Shown piece after piece: positions 1 through 8,777 of a stretch of 64,000 nt of DNA. This DNA is from an uncultured Oscillospiraceae bacterium. Its GTDB lineage: Bacteria > Bacillota > Clostridia > Saccharofermentanales > DTU023. The position numbers and the translations under genes were made by a program. The stretch spans positions 17,449-81,448 of the forward strand of contig CAYNNG010000002.1 of NCBI GenBank assembly GCA_964398655.1, read 5' to 3'. The stretch's first letter is position 1. Every line of letters begins with the position of its first letter. The notes below the pieces were generated by a model, which was not told the origin of the DNA, searched no databases, and saw only the letters and a program-made list of their open reading frames with translations.

Positions 1-297
1 GTGGACAGCCTGATGGATGGGACCTTTGACGACGCGAATTCCGGCATGTTTGCCGAACTTTACCGGTCCCTGCTCAAGGGCAGTCCTTCAGAGCGCGCAG
101 ATGTCTATTATGTTTTGGGAGACTTTAAAGACTACCGCAACCGGCGCTTTGAAGCGCACGAGGCTTTCCAAGACCAAGAGACCTGGCTGCAAAAATCTTG
201 GATTAATATCTGCAATTCTGGACGCTTTAGCTCTGACCGTACGATCCAAGATTATGTCGACGAAATTTGGCATTTGGATAAACAGCAACTGCGCTAG
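1..297 (+). CDS. glgP: Alpha-glucan (glycogen/starch) phosphorylase, C-terminal fragment; the 5' part lies outside the window
   Basis: The frame is open from the window edge to the TAG at 295-297. The translation ...NICNSGRFSSDRTIQDYVDEIW... matches the conserved extreme C-terminus of GT35 phosphorylases. Confidence 0.85.
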   Translation: MDSLMDGTFDDANSGMFAELYRSLLKGSPSERADVYYVLGDFKDYRNRRFEAHEAFQDQETWLQKSWINICNSGRFSSDRTIQDYVDEIWHLDKQQLR

Positions 298-340
298 CTT
301 GCAAATAAATCAAGGCGCTAAGCCCTAAATGATGCCTCTT

Positions 341-372
341 AAAGCTCCGGTTCCCGCCGGAGCTTTAACTTT
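341..372 (+). terminator. Stem-loop downstream of glgP (putative terminator)
   Basis: There is a 10-bp perfect stem, AAAGCTCCGG (341-350) with CCGGAGCTTT (357-366), around a 6-nt loop. The T-tract is weak (AACTTTA). Confidence 0.45.
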
Positions 373-507
373 AGCGGCCTTGACAAGACGGGGCCGCTCT
401 GACAATATCGGCAATGCGGCTCTCTACTGAGCAATTTAAAGCCTAAGGCTTTTTTCGCCAGCCCTCCCTAGGGCCTGGCACTAAAACACCCAAGGAGGGA
501 TAAAAAC

Positions 508-744
508 ATGGCAGAATTTAAATATGAAGTAACCAAGGAGTTGGGCGTGTTGAGCTCTAGCAAGTCTGGTTGGCAAAGAGAACTCAATATGGTCTCTTGG
601 AATGACAACAAGGCCAAATTGGACATTCGTGACTGGGCCCCAGAACACGCCAAGATGAGCAAGGGTGTTTCGCTTTCTCATGAAGAGGCAGCTATTCTGC
701 GTGAGATTTTAAACGAACTTAACCTGGACGAACTTTTTGCCTAA
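508..744 (+). CDS. PC4/YdbC-like small ssDNA-binding protein
   Basis: The 78-aa ORF has a strong SD (AAGGAGGG) 7 nt upstream. The pattern KSGWQRELNMVSWNDNKAKLDIRDW...MSKGVSL resembles the bacterial YdbC/PC4 family. Confidence 0.6.
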   Translation: MAEFKYEVTKELGVLSSSKSGWQRELNMVSWNDNKAKLDIRDWAPEHAKMSKGVSLSHEEAAILREILNELNLDELFA

Positions 745-792
745 AGCGTAGCTGCGCACGAGACTAACAAAAACTCCGAAGCCGGATAAGTA

Positions 793-819
793 AAAGGGGA
801 GCTCAATGAGCTCCCCTTT
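793..819. terminator. Bidirectional rho-independent terminator between convergent genes
   Basis: AAAGGGGAGCTC-AAT-GAGCTCCCCTTT forms a 12-bp perfect stem. A-runs and T-runs flank it on both sides. Confidence 0.8.
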
Positions 820-846
820 GTATTATTCGTATGTTACGCGGTGATC

Positions 847-2013
847 TTAATTGCTGTCGGGAATAGGACCAGTCCGCTCCGGATCGGGCTTAGCATAAAC
901 CAAAAGTCTTTCGGTCTGCTCGTTGTAGATCAAGGGGTGGCAGGTGATGAGTAAAACCGTGTCCTCATCAAAATGCTCATAAACCCGTTCTGTCAATTCG
1001 GTATGAGGAATGATGTCTTGCTTATAGACATTGTAGTGGTAACGGGTATTGGTGGGTAGGTAGTCAATGTAGAATTGATCGCCTGGCACAATTTCATTTA
1101 GGCGGTTAAAGTCGCGTCCCGAGGTAAGGAAACGGTGGCCCCAGATTGTAGTTAAGCCGGGTTGGCCCAGAGGAGTGCCCACACCGGAGTGAATACCTGA
1201 GCCAAAACGCAGAGAAACCAAGAGGTCATTGCCTTGCTCTTCAGAGAGGGGAGTGGTTACTTGGATTTTGGGGATCACGAGTTTGCCCACATAGGTAAGC
1301 GATACCGTATCCGAACTTGTGTTGTCCAGACTATTATCCACAAAGTCCACGCCTACAGAGTCTTCATTGCGCTCGCCCTGCACGGGGGCGAAATTCTTTG
1401 CAACCTCAACCTCGATGGGAGTCTTCTGGGCTTCCATGTTGTTAAGGATTTCTTCAGAAAGTTTTTCCGCATTCTTCTCATCGAACTTGGGCTTCAAGAA
1501 GAAGAACAGGCCTACTGCGACTAAGGCGACAATTACGATATCAAGAGAAATTAAAACCCAGCGGGGTACGCCGCCTTGCTTATTCTGTGCTGCTTGCTTC
1601 CTGGCAGCCTTGTCCCGTTTGGGGGGAGCATTTTTCGCTCCTGGCTTCCTGGGCTGCGGCCCAGATCCCGGATAAGGTCTGGGAGGCATAGGCTGACCCT
1701 GCATCCTTGCGGGGGCGTGAGGACGGCCGTTAACGTTATGGGGGCGCTGCGGACCAGCTGGACCTTGAGGTCTAGGACCGGGCTGCGGTCTGGGCTGAGG
1801 CCGGGGTCCTCCTGACCTGGGAGACATGGCCGGTCTGTGTGGGCCATTAGCCTGAGGGTTCCTGGGGCCTCCAGCTTGCGGTCCGTGAGGACCAGGGTTT
1901 TGTGGCCGGACAGGTCTTTGCCCTGGGCCTTGAGGACGAGCTGCGCCTGCCTGTGACCTGCTTGCTTGGGGCCTTTGGGGTGCAAACGGATCATTTTGGC
2001 GATATTGGTTCAT
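847..2013 (-). CDS. Sortase-family transpeptidase with a long Pro/Gly/Gln/Arg-rich N-terminal tail and one TM helix
   Basis: The C-terminal domain shows a sortase pattern: WGHR (His), GDQFYIDY, LLITCHP (Cys) and TERLLVYA (Arg). The TM helix is VLISLDIVIVALVAVGLFFFL. The first ~150 aa are low-complexity GPxxP repeats. Confidence 0.75.
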   Translation of the reverse strand: MNQYRQNDPFAPQRPQASRSQAGAARPQGPGQRPVRPQNPGPHGPQAGGPRNPQANGPHRPAMSPRSGGPRPQPRPQPGPRPQGPAGPQRPHNVNGRPHAPARMQGQPMPPRPYPGSGPQPRKPGAKNAPPKRDKAARKQAAQNKQGGVPRWVLISLDIVIVALVAVGLFFFLKPKFDEKNAEKLSEEILNNMEAQKTPIEVEVAKNFAPVQGERNEDSVGVDFVDNSLDNTSSDTVSLTYVGKLVIPKIQVTTPLSEEQGNDLLVSLRFGSGIHSGVGTPLGQPGLTTIWGHRFLTSGRDFNRLNEIVPGDQFYIDYLPTNTRYHYNVYKQDIIPHTELTERVYEHFDEDTVLLITCHPLIYNEQTERLLVYAKPDPERTGPIPDSN

Positions 2014-2151
2014 TAACTGTTACCTCTTATTCAAAGCTAGTTTCGTGCATGATCTAGCTAAACTATGCTATCTTAGGAAAGCAGACCAGCCTCAACTAGT
2101 CTGCCACTTATATTGCCATATTATGGCATGAACTCAAGCGAGGGTAAAGTG

Positions 2152-3963
2152 ATGGATATTAAGTCTGGTAAATTATCTGTAGAATCAGAAAATATTTTTC
2201 CGATTATTAAACAGTGGCTCTATGCAGAAGAAGAAATCTTTCTGAGAGAACTGGTTTCTAACGCGGTTGACGCAATTAGTAAGCGCAAGCACCTCATCTT
2301 GCTGGGCGACGCTCCCGCGGCTGACCAAGAACTTGGTATTGAAGTAAAACTGGATACAGAGGCTAACACCTTGACCATTAGTGACCAGGGTATTGGGATG
2401 ACCGCTGAAGAGGTTGACCGGTACATAAACCAGATTGCTTATTCTGGTCTGGTGGACTATGTGGAAAAATACAAGGGCGGAGCTGATGGCGGTCAAGCGG
2501 TGATTGGTCACTTTGGCCTGGGTTTCTATTCTGCCTTCATGGTTGCTGACCAGGTAGAAATTCAAAGCCTTTCCTGCTTGGCAGGGGCAGAGCCTGTGTC
2601 CTGGCTGAGCAAGGACGGCTTGGAATATCAGATGGCTGAGGGCAAGAGAGACAAAGTGGGAACGGATGTAATTCTGCATCTGGACCCTGAGGCCCGCAAA
2701 GTTTATATCGGCAGCAAGCTGCGCGGCTTGCTAAAACGCTACTGCGGTTTTATGCCCTATCCTATTAATTTCCAAGTGGACGGGGAAGAGGCAGAGCAGA
2801 TTAATGATACCGAGCCTCTCTGGCTGCGCAATGCTAAAGCGATTAGCGCAGAGGAGTACATCAAGTTTTATCAAAAAACTTTTGATACCACTCTTGAGCC
2901 GCTCTTTTGGATCCACTTGAACTTGGATTACCCCTTCCGTCTCAAGGGAATTTTATATTTTCCGGCCTACACAGGCCCCTATCTAGAGCTGAGCAACCGC
3001 ATCCTAATTTACAGCCGGCAAGTTTTTGTCTCTGATGACTTGCGAGAAATGATTCCTGACTTCCTCTTCCTCCTGCAAGGGACTTTGGATTGTCCGGATT
3101 TACCGCTTAACGTCTCACGCTCTTATCTGCAGAATGACCAGACGATCCGGGCTCTTTCCAAGCACATCGTTTCCAAGGTAGGGGATAAGCTGGCCGAAAT
3201 TTATCAGGATGACCCCGAACGTTATCAAACCATGTGGCCTAAAATTGCGGACTTCGTCAAATTGGGCTGCCTGCAGAATACGGCCTTTGCAGAAAAAGTT
3301 AAGCCCTGCCTGCTCTTGGAAGAAGTGGATGGCAGTTTCCAGGCCCTGGCTGACCAAGCAGATGGACCTATCTACTACGTCTATGATGATCATCGCCTCG
3401 ACCTTTATACCGACCGCTTGCATGCGGAGGGCAAAGCGGTCTTCCGGATGCATAAGGGCTTAGATTTGCAATGGATGAGCCAGATAGAGGCGCAAAGTCA
3501 GGGTAAGCACCGCTTTATTCGCGCAGACTCTTTGGCGGATCCAGAGCAAGGTGCGGTGGGCGTAGCTCTGCCTGAAGACTTACTTAACCGTTTAAGGAAG
3601 GTCAGTAAGCTAAACGATCTGGAAGGCCAAATCAAGGCACAGGGAACAGAGGCTCCCCTCCTCAGCCTAGTGGAGGACGAAGCTGCCAGACGTTTCGCAG
3701 ACATGCAGGAAATTTATGCCAAGCTGGTGGATGAAGAAGAGAGAGCTACTATGGAAGAAATGGCTAGTCAGCTCAAGCCGCGGCATACGGTACTGGTCAA
3801 TACAGATAACCCTCTGTACAGCAGCTTGGCGGACCGCAGTGCAGAAGACCAGGAAGACTTGCTCCAGTATGCTTATTACTTAGCCCTGTTGGCCAAGGAT
3901 GAACTGAGAGGAGATGAGCTTAAAGCTTTCCTTAAAGCCTCCGAAGACCTGTGGGCCAAGTAA
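2152..3963 (+). CDS. htpG: Molecular chaperone HtpG (Hsp90 family)
   Basis: The sequence ...IFLRELVSNAVDAISK...ISDQGIGMT...GHFGLGFYSAFMVAD... shows the GHKL ATPase motifs of HtpG. I prefer the ATG at 2152, preceded by GAGGG, over the upstream TTG at 2113 in the ORF track. Confidence 0.9.
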   Translation: MDIKSGKLSVESENIFPIIKQWLYAEEEIFLRELVSNAVDAISKRKHLILLGDAPAADQELGIEVKLDTEANTLTISDQGIGMTAEEVDRYINQIAYSGLVDYVEKYKGGADGGQAVIGHFGLGFYSAFMVADQVEIQSLSCLAGAEPVSWLSKDGLEYQMAEGKRDKVGTDVILHLDPEARKVYIGSKLRGLLKRYCGFMPYPINFQVDGEEAEQINDTEPLWLRNAKAISAEEYIKFYQKTFDTTLEPLFWIHLNLDYPFRLKGILYFPAYTGPYLELSNRILIYSRQVFVSDDLREMIPDFLFLLQGTLDCPDLPLNVSRSYLQNDQTIRALSKHIVSKVGDKLAEIYQDDPERYQTMWPKIADFVKLGCLQNTAFAEKVKPCLLLEEVDGSFQALADQADGPIYYVYDDHRLDLYTDRLHAEGKAVFRMHKGLDLQWMSQIEAQSQGKHRFIRADSLADPEQGAVGVALPEDLLNRLRKVSKLNDLEGQIKAQGTEAPLLSLVEDEAARRFADMQEIYAKLVDEEERATMEEMASQLKPRHTVLVNTDNPLYSSLADRSAEDQEDLLQYAYYLALLAKDELRGDELKAFLKASEDLWAK

Positions 3964-3996
3964 GGACGTGTAGGTCGGTAAATTCAAGATCATACG

Positions 3997-4040
3997 GCAG
4001 CTGGTCTTTACTCCCTATCTATAAGGATCAGCTGCTTTTT
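3997..4040 (+). terminator. htpG terminator
   Basis: GCAGCTGGTC ... GATCAGCTGC forms a 10-bp stem with one G-T pair, followed by TTTTT. Confidence 0.65.
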
Positions 4041-4212
4041 CACTTAGACAAGCAAATAGACGATAAAATACACATGTTAGTAATGAGTTTCAGTTTATGG
4101 GAGCTTACAACTGCATGACAGTATTAGCACAGATCTACAATATAGACAAAATTAGTCCGGGAATGCACGGCTAAAACTGTTTTAATTGCACAAAAAATCT
4201 TGGTAACTTCAG

Positions 4213-4241
4213 TTGACAAGCCTATAAGGGATAATTATAAT
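4213..4241 (+). promoter_or_regulatory. Perfect consensus sigma-A/sigma-70 promoter for the yabE-like gene
   Basis: TTGACA (4213-4218), an exactly 17-nt spacer and TATAAT (4236-4241). It lies inside the 5' extension of the track ORF, which argues for the downstream ATG at 4305. Confidence 0.7.
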
Positions 4242-4304
4242 CATCCCATCGAATTATGTCCTTACTGCAAGAACTTGCAGTTGAGACCAAAGTTCGAGGT
4301 TTTT

Positions 4305-5567
4305 ATGCGAAAAAGAATATTAGATTATGTACTTATATTTGTGGCCTTCAGCCTAGTCGCCTTGGTCGGCTTTGTAGCTTTTGTGAAGAGCCGAGACCAG
4401 TCCAGACGGGCTGCGGAGTTTGTAATCCAAAGGTCGACGAGCGCTTCCACGCAGCAGGATATCCTGCCCTCTAATCTGTCGGCGGCTGCGGAGGCTTTGA
4501 GCCAAGGAACTGAGCTACAAGAAACTGCCCAAACCACAAAGCTTGAGGAAACTCACAGCACGGAGACTCTTGATCTGCGTGAAGTCTTTGATCCTGCGGT
4601 GGCTTTTGGCCTAGAGATGGAACAAAAGCTTGATAGCCAGCGCCAGAACCAGCCTCAGGTTCAGGAGCCGGCAGCCGCGGCGGCTATGCCCGCAGCGGTT
4701 AGCACGCCTGATCCTGGCCCAGAGATAAGCAGTGTACAGGTCTCAGAGACTATCAATGTGCCCTTTGAGACAGAATATCAAGAGTCAGATCTTTTGCCAC
4801 AGGGTGAAGAAGCGGTTATCCAACAGGGTTATGATGCGATCATCGAAGTGGATTATGAGCAAACCTATGTTGATGGAGTTCTCCAAGAAAGCCGCGAGAT
4901 TGGCCGCCGCTATTTGGCCTCCGGCCAGCCTCATATCGTGATGATTGGCACAGGTTTAGCCGTGGAGGAGGAAGAGCCTATGCAGCAAGCCCCAGCTGAG
5001 GTGCCTGAATATAGTGAAGAAGACCTCTATGAGCCTGAATTCTCGGAGGACGATACGGATCTATCTGATACTACAACGCCCGTGCCTGGCGTAGCGGATA
5101 TATCCTTTGTTGGACCGGGTTCCAATTCCGCCGCTGAAAGTAACTTTTATACCGTAGCTAGCCTCTTAAACCGCAACGGTGCGCAGAACTACGTATCATT
5201 CAGCGACAATAACAATGGGACTATTACTGTGGATGGTGTCACTTTTGCCGTGGCTTCTGGTCCGCAAAGCTTCTCGACTACCTCTTATGATGGTTATGAG
5301 TGCTATAAGCTTTATCCTGATCCAGGCGCAATTAATGAATGTAACCGCACAGCTTCCGGTCTTTTAGCCCAACGCGGCATTGTGGCAGCCAGCCAAGGCG
5401 GTTACCCCATGGGTACGGTCCTGTTCATTGAGGGTTATGGCCTTGCGGTGGTGGGAGATCGTCATGGCATGGGCTCAGACCTCTTGGACTTAGCTTTTGA
5501 TGCCCGGGAAATTTCTCAAGGCGTTTACCTGCCTACGGGCAGCCGAACTGTTTATGTCCTCCAGTAA
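4305..5567 (+). CDS. YabE-like cell-wall protein: N-terminal TM, acidic linker, G5-like segment and C-terminal 3D (RlpA-like) domain
   Basis: The TM helix is ILDYVLIFVAFSLVALVGFVAFV. The C-terminus ...GTVLFIEGYGLAVVGDRHGMGSDLLDLAFD... resembles the 3D domain. The position immediately upstream of rsmA matches B. subtilis yabE-(rnmV)-ksgA. Confidence 0.6.
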   Translation: MRKRILDYVLIFVAFSLVALVGFVAFVKSRDQSRRAAEFVIQRSTSASTQQDILPSNLSAAAEALSQGTELQETAQTTKLEETHSTETLDLREVFDPAVAFGLEMEQKLDSQRQNQPQVQEPAAAAAMPAAVSTPDPGPEISSVQVSETINVPFETEYQESDLLPQGEEAVIQQGYDAIIEVDYEQTYVDGVLQESREIGRRYLASGQPHIVMIGTGLAVEEEEPMQQAPAEVPEYSEEDLYEPEFSEDDTDLSDTTTPVPGVADISFVGPGSNSAAESNFYTVASLLNRNGAQNYVSFSDNNNGTITVDGVTFAVASGPQSFSTTSYDGYECYKLYPDPGAINECNRTASGLLAQRGIVAASQGGYPMGTVLFIEGYGLAVVGDRHGMGSDLLDLAFDAREISQGVYLPTGSRTVYVLQ

Positions 5568-6465
5568 AACCGGAGCGGAGTCGCAGGACTCTGGATATCC
5601 CTCAGCCAGACAACTCTGTCAGCACTATCAACTCCAGCCGAAAAAGGCTTGGGGGCAAAACTTTTTAGATAGGGGACCCAGCATCCAAAAGATGCTGAGC
5701 CCCTTTAATTTATCCGCCCGCAGCCAGGTTTTAGAGATTGGTCCAGGCCTGGGCCACTTAAGCCAAGCCATCTTAGCTACGGGAGCCAGGCTCCTGGCTC
5801 TAGAGATTGACAAGGACCTGGAACCTGTTCTAACCGACCTAGCTGAGGCTTATCCAAAATTTCAAGTGATTTACAGTCCTGCTCAGGATTTAGCTTGGCA
5901 GGAGCTCTTAGCTGGTCGCACGGAACAGCTCTATGTATTTGGCAACCTGCCCTATTACCTTTCTTCTGAGCTGTACAGCAAGGCTCTCCTAGAATTATGG
6001 GAGGCTCAGGGCATGTCTTTTCTCTTACAAAGAGAAGTTGCGGAGCGTTTTGCTCATGCTCCAGGCTCTAAACTATATGGCCCTCTCTCGGTTCTGGGCC
6101 AGACTTATGGTCAAGTGCGCTTAGGGGAGAGACTTAGGGCATCAGCCTTTTATCCACCACCCAGTATTGAAAGCCGGGTGCTAATCCTGAATCAAAGGTC
6201 CAGCCCTTTACTGGAGCCAGACCTGCTGGCAGATTACTGGACCTTCTTGCAGACGGCCTTTAAAACCCGCCGTAAAACTTTGGTCAATAATTTCCAAGGA
6301 TCCCCCTGGGACCGGAGTAATGCTAGCAACTACTTAAGTTCTGTCTTGATTGATGTTAAGATTGAGCCTGCCGTTCGAGCGGAGGAGCTTAGTGCGGCCC
6401 AGTTTGTGCAAATTTTTGAGATTCTCCAAACTGATCTCCACACACAGACTGAGGCAGATAGGTGA
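5554..6465 (+). CDS. rsmA: 16S rRNA (adenine1518/1519-N6)-dimethyltransferase RsmA/KsgA
   Basis: The motifs are KKAWGQNFL, VLEIGPGLGHLS and FGNLPYY. I chose the ATG at 5554, which overlaps the upstream stop by 14 nt, over the start at 5497. Confidence 0.88.
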   Translation: MSSSKTGAESQDSGYPSARQLCQHYQLQPKKAWGQNFLDRGPSIQKMLSPFNLSARSQVLEIGPGLGHLSQAILATGARLLALEIDKDLEPVLTDLAEAYPKFQVIYSPAQDLAWQELLAGRTEQLYVFGNLPYYLSSELYSKALLELWEAQGMSFLLQREVAERFAHAPGSKLYGPLSVLGQTYGQVRLGERLRASAFYPPPSIESRVLILNQRSSPLLEPDLLADYWTFLQTAFKTRRKTLVNNFQGSPWDRSNASNYLSSVLIDVKIEPAVRAEELSAAQFVQIFEILQTDLHTQTEADR

Positions 6466-6471
6466 GTTGTG

Positions 6472-6957
6472 ATGGCGGAAGATTTTATTACGGTAAAAGT
6501 AGGTAGCATGTACTACCGGATTACAGCAGAGGATGACCCGGATTATGTCCGCCGAGTAGCTAAAGAGGCGAATGACTTATTAGGAGAAGTTAAAGGTCGG
6601 CATCCTGGTCTTAGTGATGTGGCGGCTGCCGTTTTGGCTCTTTTGAACAGTATTGACCGAGGCTGGAAATTGCAGTCCGATGACCGTGAAACCCTTGAAG
6701 ATTTAAGCCGACTCCAAGCAGATTTAGAGGAGAGTCAGGCCGAGGTCCTGCGTTTAAGGGAGCAGGTATGGAACATCAAGAAGGACTTACTCTATTACCG
6801 TAATCTTTGCGATATGTATGAAGAACGTCTGCAAGCTATGCCCCAAAAACCCAGTGCATCTGCGGCAAAAACGGCGGAGACTAAGCCCAGGCCCCTAGAC
6901 GTAATGCAAACCAGTTTTGAAGATATGGCTCACAGTTTGCAGGATACTGAGGAATAA
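6472..6957 (+). CDS. zapA: Cell division protein ZapA family, with a C-terminal coiled-coil extension
   Basis: The N-terminal pattern is VKVGSMYYRITAEDDPDYVRRVAKEANDLLGEV...AVLALLNS, as in ZapA/YshA. The remainder looks coiled-coil. Confidence 0.65.
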   Translation: MAEDFITVKVGSMYYRITAEDDPDYVRRVAKEANDLLGEVKGRHPGLSDVAAAVLALLNSIDRGWKLQSDDRETLEDLSRLQADLEESQAEVLRLREQVWNIKKDLLYYRNLCDMYEERLQAMPQKPSASAAKTAETKPRPLDVMQTSFEDMAHSLQDTEE

Positions 6958-6962
6958 GTTTT

Positions 6963-7601
6963 ATGGATACGCAGGTTAAACTCAAGATTAAGCTAGAACT
7001 TACAGACCTAAATCTGATGCCTAGTAAGGCCAGCCCTGATTCCGCAGGCTATGACCTCAAGGCCAGGCAAGAATACTTCATTGCCCCCGGACAGACTGTC
7101 TTTGTAGCCACTGGGGTAAAGTTGGCCCTTCCAGAAGGTTCTGAGGCTCAAGTTAGGCCTAGATCCGGTCTTTCGGCGAAATCCCGGCTTAGATTGAGCA
7201 ATAGCCCAGGGACCATTGACGCGGATTACCGGGATGAGATCAAAGTCATCCTGCATAATGATTTAGCTCAGAGTGAACTGCCTAGTCTGGTGGCGGCTTC
7301 TAGCCCTCTCCTAGAGCGCTTTGGGCCTATCTGCCAAGAATTGAGCCTGCTAGACTATTTGGCCAGGCAAGGACGAGAGGTCAGGGAGCTTGAGAATTTG
7401 TATCCACAAAAAATTTTGCATAGCCCGGTATATCTCGATCGCGAGGGCAGGCTATGGGGCACTGAACATATTTTGCAATATGAGCGTATAGGGCAACTGG
7501 TGTGCCAGGCCTTGGACCAGGGACAATTTGAGCTGGTCCCCGATGTAAAAGCTTTTGGCTCAGACCGGGGGGGCGGCTTTGGCCACACCGGCCGGCTTTA
7601 A
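6963..7601 (+). CDS. dut: Trimeric-type dUTP diphosphatase with a large internal insertion
   Basis: All five dUTPase motifs are present: AGYDL, RPRSGL, GTIDADYRDEIKVILHN, ERIGQLV and SDRGGGFGHTG. About 75 residues separate motifs III and IV, where roughly a dozen is usual. Confidence 0.85.
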   Translation: MDTQVKLKIKLELTDLNLMPSKASPDSAGYDLKARQEYFIAPGQTVFVATGVKLALPEGSEAQVRPRSGLSAKSRLRLSNSPGTIDADYRDEIKVILHNDLAQSELPSLVAASSPLLERFGPICQELSLLDYLARQGREVRELENLYPQKILHSPVYLDREGRLWGTEHILQYERIGQLVCQALDQGQFELVPDVKAFGSDRGGGFGHTGRL

Positions 7602-8659
7602 GCTTCGGGCCCGCTAGCTGCTGAAAAAAATAGGTCTAAAAAGTCATCTAGGTCGTTCAAGTATTTCTCTTGGTCTAAAACAAAACCTTGCAGGTGACCG
7701 GCTTGAGGAATTTCCACCACATAACTGGACTCGGATTTTAGCCGTACGCACTCGGTAATAAACGTATCTGTGGTTGCTTGATTTAACACCGTGTCTGGCA
7801 AATTGCGCGTGATCATGATAGGCACTTCAATGTGGCCCAGCAAGGGGATGAGGTTGACCCTCTCCGGCCCGGAGGAAGAGATACGTACAATATCGGGGAT
7901 ATAGCGCCGGTAAAAATTTCTTTGCAAAAAGCTGTGGTCAGAAATATCCAGGCGAATGTAGTCGTAAGCTGAAGCAGCTGGGGTATCCAGAATAAAGCCC
8001 TTGACGTCTTCGCGTGAAAGTAGAGCTTCAGGATCCTTGGCCTCTGCTAGGTCCTGGGGTGAGGGCGTTTCTGGCAGGTCTTCCCAAGCCAAGAGACTGG
8101 CTGTAACCCCGCTGCCCACTCCGTAAAGGATATAGTTCTTGCGGCCCGAGAGGCGGTAGCAAGCGGCCATGGCAGCCTGCACATCACGATATTCCGCGTA
8201 GCCGTAGCCGGAGGCATCTCCCTGTGACTGCCCGCAATGACGCTGGTCAAAGGCCAAAACATTGAAGCCTTTTTCTAGAAAAAAACTAAAGAGCTTAGCG
8301 CTATCTAGACCAAACTCCAGTTTGTTGGACCGCACCTGGTGGATAAAGATGATATTGCCGCGGAACGGCACGTCCTTATCAGCCTGAAAAAACCAACCGT
8401 TGAGCTGTAAATCTGATCCGGCAGGTTGGAAGACAACCTGTTCATAGTTGGGCATTAGGTGGGAGGCGATGGGGTTGAATTCTTGGGCGGGTAAAGACAT
8501 CAGAGTTTTAGCCGCATCAAAAAGGCTGTAGATGAAAAGCCCCAAGATGATTACGGCCAACAGCAGTATTACTGCTAAGACTTTGGGCCAGATCCTCCGG
8601 CTGCGAGGGGATTTATCTTGACTAAGGGAGATCAGATCATTCATACGTGCATATGCCAC
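7598..8659 (-). CDS. Membrane-anchored alpha/beta-hydrolase fold protein
   Basis: It has an N-terminal TM helix (VLAVILLLAVIILGLFIY). The hydrolase-like pattern is IIFIHQ...GFNVLAFDQRHCGQSQG...ILYGVGSGVTASLLAW...ILDTPA...QAGHL. The nucleophile elbow reads GVGSG rather than the canonical GxSxG. Confidence 0.5.
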   Translation of the reverse strand: MAYARMNDLISLSQDKSPRSRRIWPKVLAVILLLAVIILGLFIYSLFDAAKTLMSLPAQEFNPIASHLMPNYEQVVFQPAGSDLQLNGWFFQADKDVPFRGNIIFIHQVRSNKLEFGLDSAKLFSFFLEKGFNVLAFDQRHCGQSQGDASGYGYAEYRDVQAAMAACYRLSGRKNYILYGVGSGVTASLLAWEDLPETPSPQDLAEAKDPEALLSREDVKGFILDTPAASAYDYIRLDISDHSFLQRNFYRRYIPDIVRISSSGPERVNLIPLLGHIEVPIMITRNLPDTVLNQATTDTFITECVRLKSESSYVVEIPQAGHLQGFVLDQEKYLNDLDDFLDLFFSAASGPEA

Positions 8660-8777
8660 CTTCTGCCAACCGTTGCGGCCAAACTGAGCACAAGTATAAC
8701 ATGGTGGCGGGCTATGCTAAAATAAGCTCTTAGGCCTGGCTTAAGCCGATTGCCCAGGCTTTAAGGAAGTTACAACG

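Noticed and set aside
1334-1342. A perfect DnaA box (TTATCCACA)
   Set aside because: It lies inside the sortase coding region with no neighbouring boxes. A single 9-mer hit is within chance expectation for 64 kb on two strands.
1234-1994. Several alternative-frame ORFs (1234-1524 +, 1319-1675 +, 1551-1994 -, 1576-1815 +)
   Set aside because: All overlap the sortase gene. The largest ones fall within its GC- and Pro-rich repeat segment, where all frames stay open. None has its own signals or motifs.
4200-4304. The N-terminal extension of the yabE-like ORF from the TTG at 4200, containing a CPYC motif
   Set aside because: The extension overlaps a perfect consensus promoter (4213-4241) and has no SD. 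The ATG at 4305, directly preceding the TM helix, is the more plausible start.
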